64,000 nt of DNA from Verrucomicrobiota bacterium. GTDB lineage: Bacteria > Verrucomicrobiota > Kiritimatiellia > UBA8416 > JABMPJ01. The notes below the pieces were generated by a model, which did no database searches, had not been told where the DNA came from, and saw only the letters and a list, made by a program, of their open reading frames with translations. The DNA lies in contig JABGQM010000001.1 in NCBI GenBank assembly GCA_018648805.1, forward strand, positions 101,896 through 165,895, written 5' to 3'. Shown piece by piece: positions 30,132-39,842 of this stretch. Within the stretch, counting starts at the first letter, position 1; every line of letters begins with the position of its first letter. The position numbers and the translations under genes were made by a program.

Positions 30132-31244
30132 CTAATTCTGGCCGGCTTTGCGTATGATCCGCATCGCGTCACGGGTGCCTATAGGGTCGACGCCATCCAC
30201 CGAGAGGGTGGCCGAGACCGCGCAGCCGTGCAGGTAGTGGGTTGTCGTGACGGTTACGGCATCCGGGTCGGCTGAGTCGGCGGGGCGGTATTGCCAGCGT
30301 GGGCCGATGTGGGCACGCTCAGGCAGGCTGTCGAATGCGGCTTCCGTGAACTCCGTGTCCAGATGCGGACAGCTCAGGACGGTGGCGAGGTGGGCCGTGA
30401 GGCTTTCTGCGATGGCGTGCTTGTCGAAGATGAATATCGCGTCGTCGCGGAAGTGTCCGAGTCCCATCCACGGCGCGCCCGGTTCCCATGGCATTCTGCT
30501 CAAGCGGCATCCCCACGGGTTCATGGGTCCATCCGGCATGCCAAAGCAGTAGGTCTCCGGATGTTCGCTCGCGGCGCGGCATTTCATGCAGGCCTCGACA
30601 TCAGCCGGGAGAGCCATCGGTGCGCTGCTCGGCTGCTCAGTGGGTGCCTCCCTATCCTCTGTCGTTGCGTCAGGCGCAAGAGCGGCGACGGCCTCATCGG
30701 GCACCGGTGTCGGTGGTGGCACCGCGGGTGTGGGTGGCTTCTTTTCAGGCTTCGGTTTCGGTATGGGCACCGGTTTGGGCACCGGCTTAGAAGCCGGACG
30801 TGGCGGCGGTGGTGGTGCGGGGATCGGAGGGGGCGCACTCTCGTCCGTGTATGCTGAGGGTTTCCTACCTACGCGTTTCAAGGCATTCTTGGCGCGCTGT
30901 ACGGCCAAGTCCATGTCGGCCTGCGCATACCCCATGGCTTTCGCCATCTTCTCGATCGGGGCCGACTCCATGGGTGAGATGTGGCCGTCGGCGAGAGCCA
31001 CCATGATCATATCTTGCAGGTTGGCCAGACGCTCACCCGGGGCTTCAGGAACCTGCAGCTGGTAGTGACCGTCCGCGAGCATATCGCCCGCGGCGGCCAC
31101 ATCATCTCGGGTGCCTCCGATACTGTGGATGATCGACCGCAGTACGAGGGATTCGGTTGCAGCGACCTCCCCCCCTACCTTGGCAATGCAGAGCACATTG
31201 GCCAGATAGGCGGGGCGATTCACTTTAGCTACGACCTTACTCAT
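30132..31244 (-). CDS. TerB-like N-terminal domain protein with Pro-rich linker and Cys-containing C-terminal domain
   Basis: N-terminal TerB/DjlA-N-like helical domain; PPPPRPASKPVPKPVP linker; last gene of the NfeD-flotillin operon. Confidence 0.45.
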   Translation of the reverse strand: MSKVVAKVNRPAYLANVLCIAKVGGEVAATESLVLRSIIHSIGGTRDDVAAAGDMLADGHYQLQVPEAPGERLANLQDMIMVALADGHISPMESAPIEKMAKAMGYAQADMDLAVQRAKNALKRVGRKPSAYTDESAPPPIPAPPPPPRPASKPVPKPVPIPKPKPEKKPPTPAVPPPTPVPDEAVAALAPDATTEDREAPTEQPSSAPMALPADVEACMKCRAASEHPETYCFGMPDGPMNPWGCRLSRMPWEPGAPWMGLGHFRDDAIFIFDKHAIAESLTAHLATVLSCPHLDTEFTEAAFDSLPERAHIGPRWQYRPADSADPDAVTVTTTHYLHGCAVSATLSVDGVDPIGTRDAMRIIRKAGQN

Positions 31245-31256
31245 AGGATTGCAGCC

Positions 31257-32744
31257 TTATGCGGTCGGGGGCTCATCCACCGGCGCGTCATTGCTGGCGG
31301 TCTTACCCAGGTATTCCGGCAGATCCAAACCGATCTGCTTGGCCAGCTCGTGCATCGGCGGCAGAGCGCCCATCATGCGCTGTCCAAGTCCGGACATCCC
31401 CTGGTTCTCTCCGCCGGTGTCCCAGACGAAGATCTTGTCGATCGGCAGGTCTTGAATGGCCTGGGCCTGGATCCGTGCGATCTCCTGCAGCTTCTCGATC
31501 AGGAGCAGCGAGGCCGCCTGTTCGGCTGAGGCGCAGGACTGTACGAGGCGTTGGTAACCCTCAGCCTTGCCGTCCAGAATGGCCTGCACACCCTTACCTT
31601 CAGCGGTCATGCGTGCCAGCGTGGCCTGGGCTTCACCCTCGGCGATGCGCACGGCTTTCTGCTTCTGGGCGTCAGCGGCAATCACGACCTTCTCGCGGTC
31701 GGCGTTGGCCGGCACCACGATCTCGGCGTTCAGGCGTGCCTGCTCACGTTCAGAGCGCGCTTCTTCAGCCATCTTTTCCGCGACTTCCTGGGCCACGCGA
31801 ATGGCACCATCTGCTTCACGTGCGGCAGATTCGGCGCGGTTACGGGCCTCTTCCTCGGCCACGCTCTGATTGGCCCGGAAGGCCGCCTTCTCGGAATCGG
31901 CTTCGGTTTCGCCCGACACCGCCTGCGCATCCAGGGCGGCTGATCTTGTGCGGCGATCCTTATCGGCCAACGCTTCACCAATCTCAGCATCGGCATTGGC
32001 TGCTGCCACAGCCACGCGCTGATCACGGTTGCGCTCGGCGACACCGGTCTTACCCGTTTTCTCCTGCTCGGCCACGTCGACGTTGGCCTGGTTGATCGCT
32101 TCGGCAGCAGCGCGGCGTCCTAGTGCGACGATGTAGCCGGACTCATCCTCGATGTCGCGGATGTTGACGTTGATCAGGGAGAGACCGATCTTCTCCAGCT
32201 CGCCGCTGACCGCATCATTCACCTTCGCGAGGAAGGCTTGCCGGTCCGCGTTGATCTCTTCGATTTTCATCGTGGCGATAACGGCACGCATCTGGCCGAG
32301 GATGATGTCCTGGGCCTGATCTTGGATCTCCTTGCTGGTAAGCCCAAGGAGGCGAATCGCCGCGTTCTGCATGATCCCGGTTGTTGTTGAGACGGCCGCG
32401 GTAACCGTGGTTGGCACCGTGACACGGATGTTCTCGAACGAGAGCGCATTCTTGAGATCGATGGGGACCACGAAGGGCTCCAGGTCCAGGTAGTCATAGG
32501 CCTGGATCAGCGGCCAGACGAATGCGGCGCCACCGTGAATACAGCGGGCGGCTCCGGCGTTTGTTTTTCCGTAGATCACCAGGATCCGGTTGGACGGACA
32601 GCGCTTGTAGCGCCGCGCGAAGCTAATGAACAGTATGATCACGGCCGCGGCCAGGATCATGGCCAGGACCAGAGCCACGGGGGCTCCCGATTTTGCCGAA
32701 CGACCGGCCTGGGCGATTACTATAGGTAGCATTGAGTTGATCAT
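31257..32744 (-). CDS. flotillin-like SPFH/band-7 protein (YqiK/FloA-like)
   Basis: N-terminal TM, SPFH domain, long Ala/Glu-rich coiled-coil flotillin repeat region. Confidence 0.85.
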   Translation of the reverse strand: MINSMLPIVIAQAGRSAKSGAPVALVLAMILAAAVIILFISFARRYKRCPSNRILVIYGKTNAGAARCIHGGAAFVWPLIQAYDYLDLEPFVVPIDLKNALSFENIRVTVPTTVTAAVSTTTGIMQNAAIRLLGLTSKEIQDQAQDIILGQMRAVIATMKIEEINADRQAFLAKVNDAVSGELEKIGLSLINVNIRDIEDESGYIVALGRRAAAEAINQANVDVAEQEKTGKTGVAERNRDQRVAVAAANADAEIGEALADKDRRTRSAALDAQAVSGETEADSEKAAFRANQSVAEEEARNRAESAAREADGAIRVAQEVAEKMAEEARSEREQARLNAEIVVPANADREKVVIAADAQKQKAVRIAEGEAQATLARMTAEGKGVQAILDGKAEGYQRLVQSCASAEQAASLLLIEKLQEIARIQAQAIQDLPIDKIFVWDTGGENQGMSGLGQRMMGALPPMHELAKQIGLDLPEYLGKTASNDAPVDEPPTA

Positions 32745-33355
32745 TTCTTACCTCCCTCTTCTGTTTCTGAGACGACTTCTACTTCTACTGTTGCCGGGCC
32801 CAGGATGCGTGTGACGACGACGGGCGTCCCCGACGTGATCGCCACACCACTGTGGGTCCTCGCTTTTACGAATGAAATAACATCACTGACCGCAATCCGC
32901 ACCTCGCCCTGGCCGGCTTCTGGGATATCCAGGTAAACCGTGCCATGTGCGCCCAGAGTTGAGGCAATGCGTTTCGTGCCGGTGTGCGCCAGTTTTGGGA
33001 GCAGCGAAAGGAGCACGGCCACACTGGCCATACCGGCCAGACCCCAGATCGTCGAGATACCCATGGCACGGCCGAGCGCCTCCCCGCGGCTGAGATAGAG
33101 TGCACTGCCCCACGTGAAGAGGGTGCAGAACGTGACGATGGCTCGTATGCTCAGCAGTCTGAATGCCACGACGGTGCCATCCGCATCGGCATCAAACTCA
33201 TCCGCGCCGGCGCCATCCCCCACGTCATCGCCGCTGTCATCATCCAGCCCGATCATCGCTGCAATCAGTTGCCACAGGAAAAACACACTGAAAAATGCCG
33301 CCGCACAGAAGAATCCTCTGTTTATGGTCGTTAGACCGTCCCACCAAGCTGTCAT
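32741..33355 (-). CDS. NfeD-like membrane protein (YqiJ-like; OB-fold C-terminus)
   Basis: TM helices plus C-terminal OB-fold; 4-bp overlap with the downstream flotillin gene, the classic nfeD-flotillin pairing. Confidence 0.7.
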   Translation of the reverse strand: MTAWWDGLTTINRGFFCAAAFFSVFFLWQLIAAMIGLDDDSGDDVGDGAGADEFDADADGTVVAFRLLSIRAIVTFCTLFTWGSALYLSRGEALGRAMGISTIWGLAGMASVAVLLSLLPKLAHTGTKRIASTLGAHGTVYLDIPEAGQGEVRIAVSDVISFVKARTHSGVAITSGTPVVVTRILGPATVEVEVVSETEEGGKK

Positions 33356-33469
33356 AATTTGCCCCTATCCAGTGTCAAGGTTCAGGTTCTTCTGCTCACG
33401 GAATCTGCAGTCATTGTGCGCTCTTGCATATCATGCACAAGTCGGAGTTGCAAGGTCCGCACTGAATCC

Positions 33470-33931
33470 TCAGGTCTTGCTCTTGTATTCACCACGCTCA
33501 CAGGCCACGACGAAGCTCTCGGCAACCGACTTCAGATCTTCCCATTCACGGCGCAGCTCCTCGGCCTCGCCCCCATCGATCTTGCCGTCGTCACGCATAC
33601 CGGCGGTCACGCTCTGCAGCACATCGGAGAACTCCTTGAGCATCTTCTGCGTGGACTCGAACACCGATCCGGAATATTCCTCATCGGCCTCCGTGTTCTG
33701 TACAAAGAAACCGTCAACTTGACGGCACAACCATTTGATCGGTCCACGGTCACCGGTTAGGTCACACAGCGCCGCGACACGGTCGAGGGGATTCTTGGCC
33801 CCGGACGCATCCGGCGAGTCACTGGCTTCGCACCAGCGATAGACCATGGCGGAGGACAGCTTCATATCAGAGGCCACGGACTTCACCCCGACCCCGCTGA
33901 CCGCCTTCTTCAGAACTTCATAAGATTCCAT
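33470..33931 (-). CDS. phage CII-like HTH transcriptional regulator
   Basis: N-terminal segment GVGVKSVASDMKLSSAMVYRWCEA resembles the lambda CII HTH (…AEAVGVDKSQISRWKRD); at the left edge of the lower-GC island. Confidence 0.45.
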   Translation of the reverse strand: MESYEVLKKAVSGVGVKSVASDMKLSSAMVYRWCEASDSPDASGAKNPLDRVAALCDLTGDRGPIKWLCRQVDGFFVQNTEADEEYSGSVFESTQKMLKEFSDVLQSVTAGMRDDGKIDGGEAEELRREWEDLKSVAESFVVACERGEYKSKT

Positions 33932-34351
33932 CTGACCTCCTCGATGCGCCGCCATAATCGCAGCAGGCCTTTCTGACGGCCATTAGAATCTGCAGGTTTG
34001 TTTATACCGGTGTGCGATGCCCTTGTCCACGCTGTCGCATGACTGATTCTTTTGTCACAGCTCTGCCAGGGAGAGCCGTTTTCCAGAAGATCGCCGAGGC
34101 ACGGCAGACATACGCCATATTACGCTGTGCACGAAGATGTTGCATCAACAGCGACGAAATCCAAAAGGTAGAGCGCCCGATAATGCCCGAAAGTGAATGG
34201 CAAACACGCAAGAAGCGGATTTACGCGAAGTTGAGGGCCTAACCTGACCCACAGGGCCTGTATCCCTGTGGAGCACGTTCATCCGCAAATCCGACCTTCT
34301 CTCTTGCGGTGATTTTGGCTATAACCCCTGCAATTGAAAAGCTGATCTGTT

Positions 34352-37300
34352 TTGAGGTGCATGAAAGGCGTTGGGATGATCGACGATTTGGTACAGGGGT
34401 TCGATGCGGAGCTGTTCTGCACACTTCTCAACGAGAAGTTTGCCGGGACGTTCTCGCCTATCGCGAAACCTATCCCCGTCGACAAGGACTTGCCCTGGAA
34501 AAGCGCGGAACAGCTCGGCATCGTGAAGGCTCTCCCTGATGCAAACGATGTCAATATGCCACTGCTGGTTGTTGCCGCGGAGTTGCCTGAGGGCGAGGAA
34601 CTGCGGGAGCGTAGCAGCCGCATCAAGCAGTTCAAATTCGCCAAGAAGGTGTTGGACTCGGCAATGTCCAGCCCGTCCCCCGGTGTCGACGGGCTGCCCT
34701 CGCAGGGGCTGTTCGTGTTCCACGATGACCAGGGGAACTTCCGCCTCAGCCTTGTCTACGGGAAGCCTGAGGGGACGAAGCTGGTGTGGAGCGCAGTCAA
34801 GCGACTCAGCTTCTACGTCGAAGCCGGAGACGGCAATAAGACCTTCCGTGATCGCGTGGCACTGCCGTGGAGCAGTTTCGACAAGTTGAAAGACGCCTTT
34901 TCAGTCGAGAAACTGACCAAGGAGTTCTACGGCCGACTCTTCAAGTGGTATCAGTGGGCGTTGTCCGATGAGATGGGTGTGACGTATCCCAACGATACGG
35001 AAACAGACGAGGATGACCGACAGATAAGCGAACACATCATCCGGCTGATTACCCGCCTGATGTTCGTCTGGTTTCTGAAACAGAAGCATCTCGTTCCTGA
35101 TGATCTCTTTAACCAAGCCAAGCTGAAGCAGGTCCTCAAGAAGTTCGATCCCGTTTCGGGCGACAACTACTACAGGGCCATCCTTCAGAATCTCTTCTTT
35201 GCCACGCTCAACTCGGAAATCCCCGAGCGCGCGTTCGCCACGCAGACAGGCGACCGAAGCGAGCACTTCGATATCAAGACTCTCTACCGTTACCCCAAGG
35301 AGTTTTCGATTTCAGAGGCTGACGTACTCGAGCTGTTCAAGGGTATTCCATTCCTTAACGGTGGGCTCTTTGAGTGTTTGGACCGGGGTCGAAACTACTA
35401 TGATGGATTCTCTCGTAACCGGAACAAAGCGGCAAAGATACCCAATCGGCTGTTCTTCGATGAGACCGAGGGCATTATTCCGCTTCTGTGTCAGTACAAC
35501 TTCACCGTGGAAGAGAATTCACCTGGCGACGAAGAAGTGGCACTCGATCCCGAATTACTGGGGCAAGTGTTTGAGAACCTCTTGGGTGCTTACAATCCGG
35601 AAACGGAAGTAGCGGCGCGTAAGGCAACGGGTTCGTTCTACACTCCGCGCGAGATTGTCAACTACATGGTGGACGAAAGCCTGATTGCCCACCTCAAGGC
35701 CCGGTGTGGCGAAGAGCAAGAAGAGATGATCCGCAAGCTCTTCGATGATGGAGAGTGCCCTGAGAACAAGGCGTTGTGCGAGCAGCTTGATCAGGCGTTG
35801 GTGACGGCCAAGATATTGGACCCCGCCTGCGGGTCGGGTGCCTTTCCGATGGGCATACTGCTGCGGATGGTTGAGCTTCTGCGTGTTCTGCGGGGAATTC
35901 CGGAGGACAACTCGGTCTATGAACTGAAGTTGCAGTTGATAGAGAATTGTATCTACGGCGCGGATATCCAGTGCATTGCCGTTCAGATTTCAAAACTCCG
36001 GTTCTTCATCTCCCTAGTTTGTGAGCAGAAGAAAGATGACTCCGCCGAGAACTACGGCATCAACTCTCTCCCGAATCTCGAAACGAAATTCGTGGCGGCG
36101 AATTCACTGATCGGTCTGCCGCAGTCTGGCAGAGATATTCTGGATCTGTGTACGGGCGACATTGCCACGCTCAAAGAGCAGCTTTTCGAAGTGCGTCATC
36201 AGCACTTCTCAGCAAAAACATTTCAGGAGAAGAAGGGGCTTCGCCGTGAGGACAAGAAGCTCCGCGGCTCCATCAAGCACACGGTGCGCCATGATGCACA
36301 GCCCGACCGCAGGCACCTTGAGCTCTTGCTCAAGGAGCGGGAGAAGGTGGCAGAGCCGAGATGGGAGGAGATTGCGCCTCCCCCCGCCAAGCAGGAGGAG
36401 ATGTTTGCTGGTTTGGCTCAAGCAGACACTATCCCTGCTGACCTCAAGTACGATGCCAACGAGAAGCAGCGTAAAGCACTCGACGCGGAGATTGCCCGCG
36501 AGAACAAGAGGCAGGATGTTCCGTCCACCGAAATTGATTCGATCGCCGACATGCTTGCCTCTTGGGACCCGTACGACCAGAACACTAGTGCGAGCTTTCT
36601 CGATCCCGAATGGATGTTCAATGTTACCGATGGATTTGACCTGGTCATCGGGAATCCACCGTATGGTATCCGCTACCAACGAACGGCACCGGAGCTTCGT
36701 TTCCCCGGTGCAGACCACGCTCTAAAGGTCCCTGACAGCTACATGGTGTTCATTCTTCGGTGTACGGGCTTTATGGTGAGCGGCGGCTCTATGAGCTTCA
36801 TTGTGCCCAATACATTCTGCGATCTGGAGAATGCTGATGCCTTTCGTCGCCACGTCCTTCGTTCGTTCTCGCTAAGGAATATATGGCAGACCGGATGGGC
36901 TTTTGACTCTGCCGTCGTCGATACGCTGGTGTTCTTCATGAGTAAACGGCCGCCCAAGGCCAGGGCCATGGTCGAGATCCTCATCGACGGGCGTACGTTT
37001 GCTCGCTCACTGCAGAGTTTCCTAAGCAACGAACTGTCAAAGATAGATTACCGTAACGATGCCAGTGACAGGAAATTGCTCGATAAGCTCTCCACTGTTG
37101 GAACACCGCTTAGTAACCTGGCTTCGGTCAAAGCGGGTGTCAAACTCTACGAACGGGGTAAAGGTATTCCACCCCAAGATGCCCGCGTTATTGCCAAAAA
37201 GCCTTATACAGTGAAAGAAACCTGCCCCAAAGGGTGGCGTCCCCTTTTCAGAGGGGGGCATGTGGAACGGTATCGCCTGGCCGTAACCGGCGAATTCGTC

Positions 37301-37909
37301 CATTACGGAGAGTGGCTGGCCGCCCCAAGAGCACCCGAACTATTTGAGGGTCCAAAGATCCTAGTCCGAAGAACAGACGATGTTCTTCGCGCAGCTCTCG
37401 AAGAGCACGGGGGCGTTGCCGTCAACTCATGTCATGTCATCAAAATTCTCGATAGCCGTAGCGAGAGACCCGCCTATGAGTACTTGGCTGCTTGCCTGAA
37501 TTCGCGACTACTTCAATATTTCTTTGAACGGAAGAATCCGCAGATGGTCGGAAAGACATTCGCCGAAATCAAGGTCGTGTATGTGGAGCGGCTTCCTGTT
37601 CGGGTCATTGACTGTGCCAATGAGGTAGAAAGCGAGATACGAGATACGCTGATTGGCCTCGCAAGACGGGTCACCTCCGCGAGGACAACCAATCCTTCTG
37701 CCGATGTATCTCCCCTTGAAGCCGAGATCGACCAACTTGTCTACAAGCTCTATGGTCTGACGACGGATGAGATTGCACTCGTCGAGGAGAGCGCGGCGAC
37801 TGCCGGCAAGGCTTCTGGGCGTTCGAAGAAGACAGCAGCAATGCCGAAGAAGAAGGTGCGCAGGAAGCGGAAGGCGGACCTCCCGCCATCCTTGCCTGGT
37901 TGGGATTGA
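34352..37909 (+). CDS. large N6-adenine DNA methyltransferase, PglX/MmeI/Eco57I family (gamma-class; MmeI-like N-terminal domain + MTase + C-terminal TRD-like region)
   Basis: Motif X GSFYTPREIV, motif I LDPACGSGAFPMG, motif IV VIGNPPYG in gamma-class order; 1185 aa; N-terminus resembles the MmeI/PglX N-domain but no clear PD-(D/E)xK triad; start could also be 34361 or 34376. Confidence 0.85.
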   Translation: MRCMKGVGMIDDLVQGFDAELFCTLLNEKFAGTFSPIAKPIPVDKDLPWKSAEQLGIVKALPDANDVNMPLLVVAAELPEGEELRERSSRIKQFKFAKKVLDSAMSSPSPGVDGLPSQGLFVFHDDQGNFRLSLVYGKPEGTKLVWSAVKRLSFYVEAGDGNKTFRDRVALPWSSFDKLKDAFSVEKLTKEFYGRLFKWYQWALSDEMGVTYPNDTETDEDDRQISEHIIRLITRLMFVWFLKQKHLVPDDLFNQAKLKQVLKKFDPVSGDNYYRAILQNLFFATLNSEIPERAFATQTGDRSEHFDIKTLYRYPKEFSISEADVLELFKGIPFLNGGLFECLDRGRNYYDGFSRNRNKAAKIPNRLFFDETEGIIPLLCQYNFTVEENSPGDEEVALDPELLGQVFENLLGAYNPETEVAARKATGSFYTPREIVNYMVDESLIAHLKARCGEEQEEMIRKLFDDGECPENKALCEQLDQALVTAKILDPACGSGAFPMGILLRMVELLRVLRGIPEDNSVYELKLQLIENCIYGADIQCIAVQISKLRFFISLVCEQKKDDSAENYGINSLPNLETKFVAANSLIGLPQSGRDILDLCTGDIATLKEQLFEVRHQHFSAKTFQEKKGLRREDKKLRGSIKHTVRHDAQPDRRHLELLLKEREKVAEPRWEEIAPPPAKQEEMFAGLAQADTIPADLKYDANEKQRKALDAEIARENKRQDVPSTEIDSIADMLASWDPYDQNTSASFLDPEWMFNVTDGFDLVIGNPPYGIRYQRTAPELRFPGADHALKVPDSYMVFILRCTGFMVSGGSMSFIVPNTFCDLENADAFRRHVLRSFSLRNIWQTGWAFDSAVVDTLVFFMSKRPPKARAMVEILIDGRTFARSLQSFLSNELSKIDYRNDASDRKLLDKLSTVGTPLSNLASVKAGVKLYERGKGIPPQDARVIAKKPYTVKETCPKGWRPLFRGGHVERYRLAVTGEFVHYGEWLAAPRAPELFEGPKILVRRTDDVLRAALEEHGGVAVNSCHVIKILDSRSERPAYEYLAACLNSRLLQYFFERKNPQMVGKTFAEIKVVYVERLPVRVIDCANEVESEIRDTLIGLARRVTSARTTNPSADVSPLEAEIDQLVYKLYGLTTDEIALVEESAATAGKASGRSKKTAAMPKKKVRRKRKADLPPSLPGWD

Positions 37910-37937
37910 TAGTAAGAGCTGAAAGCTGAAAGATAAA

Positions 37938-39614
37938 ATGGTGCACACGCAGGAAGAGCTAAAGCTGATTCTGGAGAACCTGATTGCTTCATGGGAGAAC
38001 GAGGTCGTTGAGTTCAAACGGGCTGGGGATGACTACAGCACGGACAAGATCGGCAAGTATCTCTCCGCTTTGGCGAATGAGGCCAATCTGCGGGGCATCG
38101 AACGCGCATGGCTGGTTTTCGGCGTCGACGACAAGTCGCGCCAGGTGGTTGGCTCAGACTACCGCCCCGAAACGGAACGTTTGCAGTCAATCAAGATGCA
38201 GATGGCGGAAAATACGGAGCCGAGTGTCACCTTCCGAAATGTGCATGAAGCCGTGTTTGTCGAAGGTCGGGTTGTTATGTTTGAGATTCCGGCCGCCCCC
38301 CGGGGAATTCCTATTGCATGGAAAGGCCATTGCTATGCGCGCGCCGGGGAGAGTCTGGTTGCGCTGGGCTTGGACAAGCAGGATGAAATCCGGAATCAAA
38401 CGGCGGCCACGGATTGGTCCGCTCAGCCCGTTCCCAGCGCGACAGTTGACCATCTCGATCCGCAAGCTGTCGCAACGGCTCGTCGTTCATTTACACAGAA
38501 ATACGCTAATCGGTTTGACAAGGAAACGGTAGATGGATGGTCCACATCGACGTTTCTTGACCGTGCCCGGTTGACTCAGGGCGGAGCGATTACCCGTACT
38601 GCGCTTCTGTTGTTGGGTAAGGCGGAGGCAGCACACCTTTTGTCCCCGCATCCGGTGCAGCTGACATGGAAGCTGCAGGGGGCTGAACGCGCCTATGAAC
38701 ATTTTGGGCCTCCCTTTCTGTTAAGCTCCAGTGCGTTGTATCAGCGTATCCGCAATGTGCAGGTCCGGGTGTTACCGGATGATGAGCTTTTGCCGGTTGA
38801 AGTTTCAAAATATGATCAGCGCGTGGTTCTTGAAGCCCTGCATAACTGCATTGTTCACCAGGACTATGCGCGCAATGGGAGGGTCATTGTCACCGAGATG
38901 CTGGATAAGCTTGTGTTTGAGAATGAGGGTGATTTCTTCGAGGGGAAGCCCGAGGACTATATTGCGGGTGAAAAGACCCCGAGTCGCTACCGGAATCCAT
39001 TTCTTGCCCAGGCGATGGCGGAGCTGAACATGATCGACACCATGGGCTATGGTATCCACGATATGCATATGGGACAGGTGAAACGCTTCTTCCCGCTCCC
39101 GGACTACGACTTGGGCAAGCCCAATTCGGTGCGAGTGATCCTCTACGGAAAGGTGGTCGATCCTGCCTATACACGACTGCTTATCCGGAACACCGATCTG
39201 CCTCTGGCCGATGTGTTGGCCTTGGATCGGGTCCAGAAAGAACTCCCTGTAGAGGATGCCACTGTTAGGCGATTACGTAGAGCGGGCATGATCGAAGGTC
39301 GGCGGCCGAACCTGCATATTGCCGCAAAATTGGCAGAAGCAACGGGAACAAGAGCTGCATATATAAAGACTAGAAGGCAGGACGATGCCTACTACGCCAA
39401 ACTCGTTACGGATTTCTTGAGACAATATGGCACAGCTACCCGTAAGGATATGGATGATCTGCTGCTGAACAAGATCAGCGACGGGCTAACGCACCAGCAG
39501 AAAAGGAACAAGGTACACAACCTTCTTGGCAAATGGAAAACTCAGGGCTTGATTGAGAACCAGGGCGGACGGGGTAATGGAGCTCTGTACGCTTTGATAA
39601 GTGATGACGAATAA
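37938..39614 (+). CDS. AlbA_2 (divergent AAA/Schlafen-like DNA-binding) + HATPase_c_4 + C-terminal HTH protein (RecG-C-terminal-like; RM-associated accessory)
   Basis: N-terminal ENEVVEFKRAGDD…LVFGVDD (AlbA_2 signature); HNCIVHQDY (HATPase_c_4 signature); 29 bp downstream of the MTase. Confidence 0.75.
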   Translation: MVHTQEELKLILENLIASWENEVVEFKRAGDDYSTDKIGKYLSALANEANLRGIERAWLVFGVDDKSRQVVGSDYRPETERLQSIKMQMAENTEPSVTFRNVHEAVFVEGRVVMFEIPAAPRGIPIAWKGHCYARAGESLVALGLDKQDEIRNQTAATDWSAQPVPSATVDHLDPQAVATARRSFTQKYANRFDKETVDGWSTSTFLDRARLTQGGAITRTALLLLGKAEAAHLLSPHPVQLTWKLQGAERAYEHFGPPFLLSSSALYQRIRNVQVRVLPDDELLPVEVSKYDQRVVLEALHNCIVHQDYARNGRVIVTEMLDKLVFENEGDFFEGKPEDYIAGEKTPSRYRNPFLAQAMAELNMIDTMGYGIHDMHMGQVKRFFPLPDYDLGKPNSVRVILYGKVVDPAYTRLLIRNTDLPLADVLALDRVQKELPVEDATVRRLRRAGMIEGRRPNLHIAAKLAEATGTRAAYIKTRRQDDAYYAKLVTDFLRQYGTATRKDMDDLLLNKISDGLTHQQKRNKVHNLLGKWKTQGLIENQGGRGNGALYALISDDE

Positions 39615-39842
39615 TCAAACGAACGGCCGCATCTATCAAACGAGAATCAAACGGATTGGCGTAAGTGCTTATGTATCGGATGGTTGTGGTTTGCTTGATG
39701 GAGCGAACTAAGGTGTGTGCGATAGCAAATGGGGGCGGTTTACACGGATGCAGTATGCGCCTATAAGCTGGGAGCGGATTGCCCTACACAGAAGTACCGG
39801 CTCACGGCCAAAGGCCGCGAAGTCTAGGAGAGGAAGAGCCCG

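Noticed and set aside
33956-34351. Integrase, att site or tRNA at the island boundary
   Set aside because: None recognisable by eye in the 400-bp intergenic region or among neighbouring ORFs.
34352-34900. Active PD-(D/E)xK endonuclease domain in the MTase N-terminus (type IIG restriction enzyme)
   Set aside because: The region resembles the MmeI/PglX N-domain, but the expected acidic-x-Lys is VYGK. The call therefore stays methyltransferase only; an alignment is needed to settle this.
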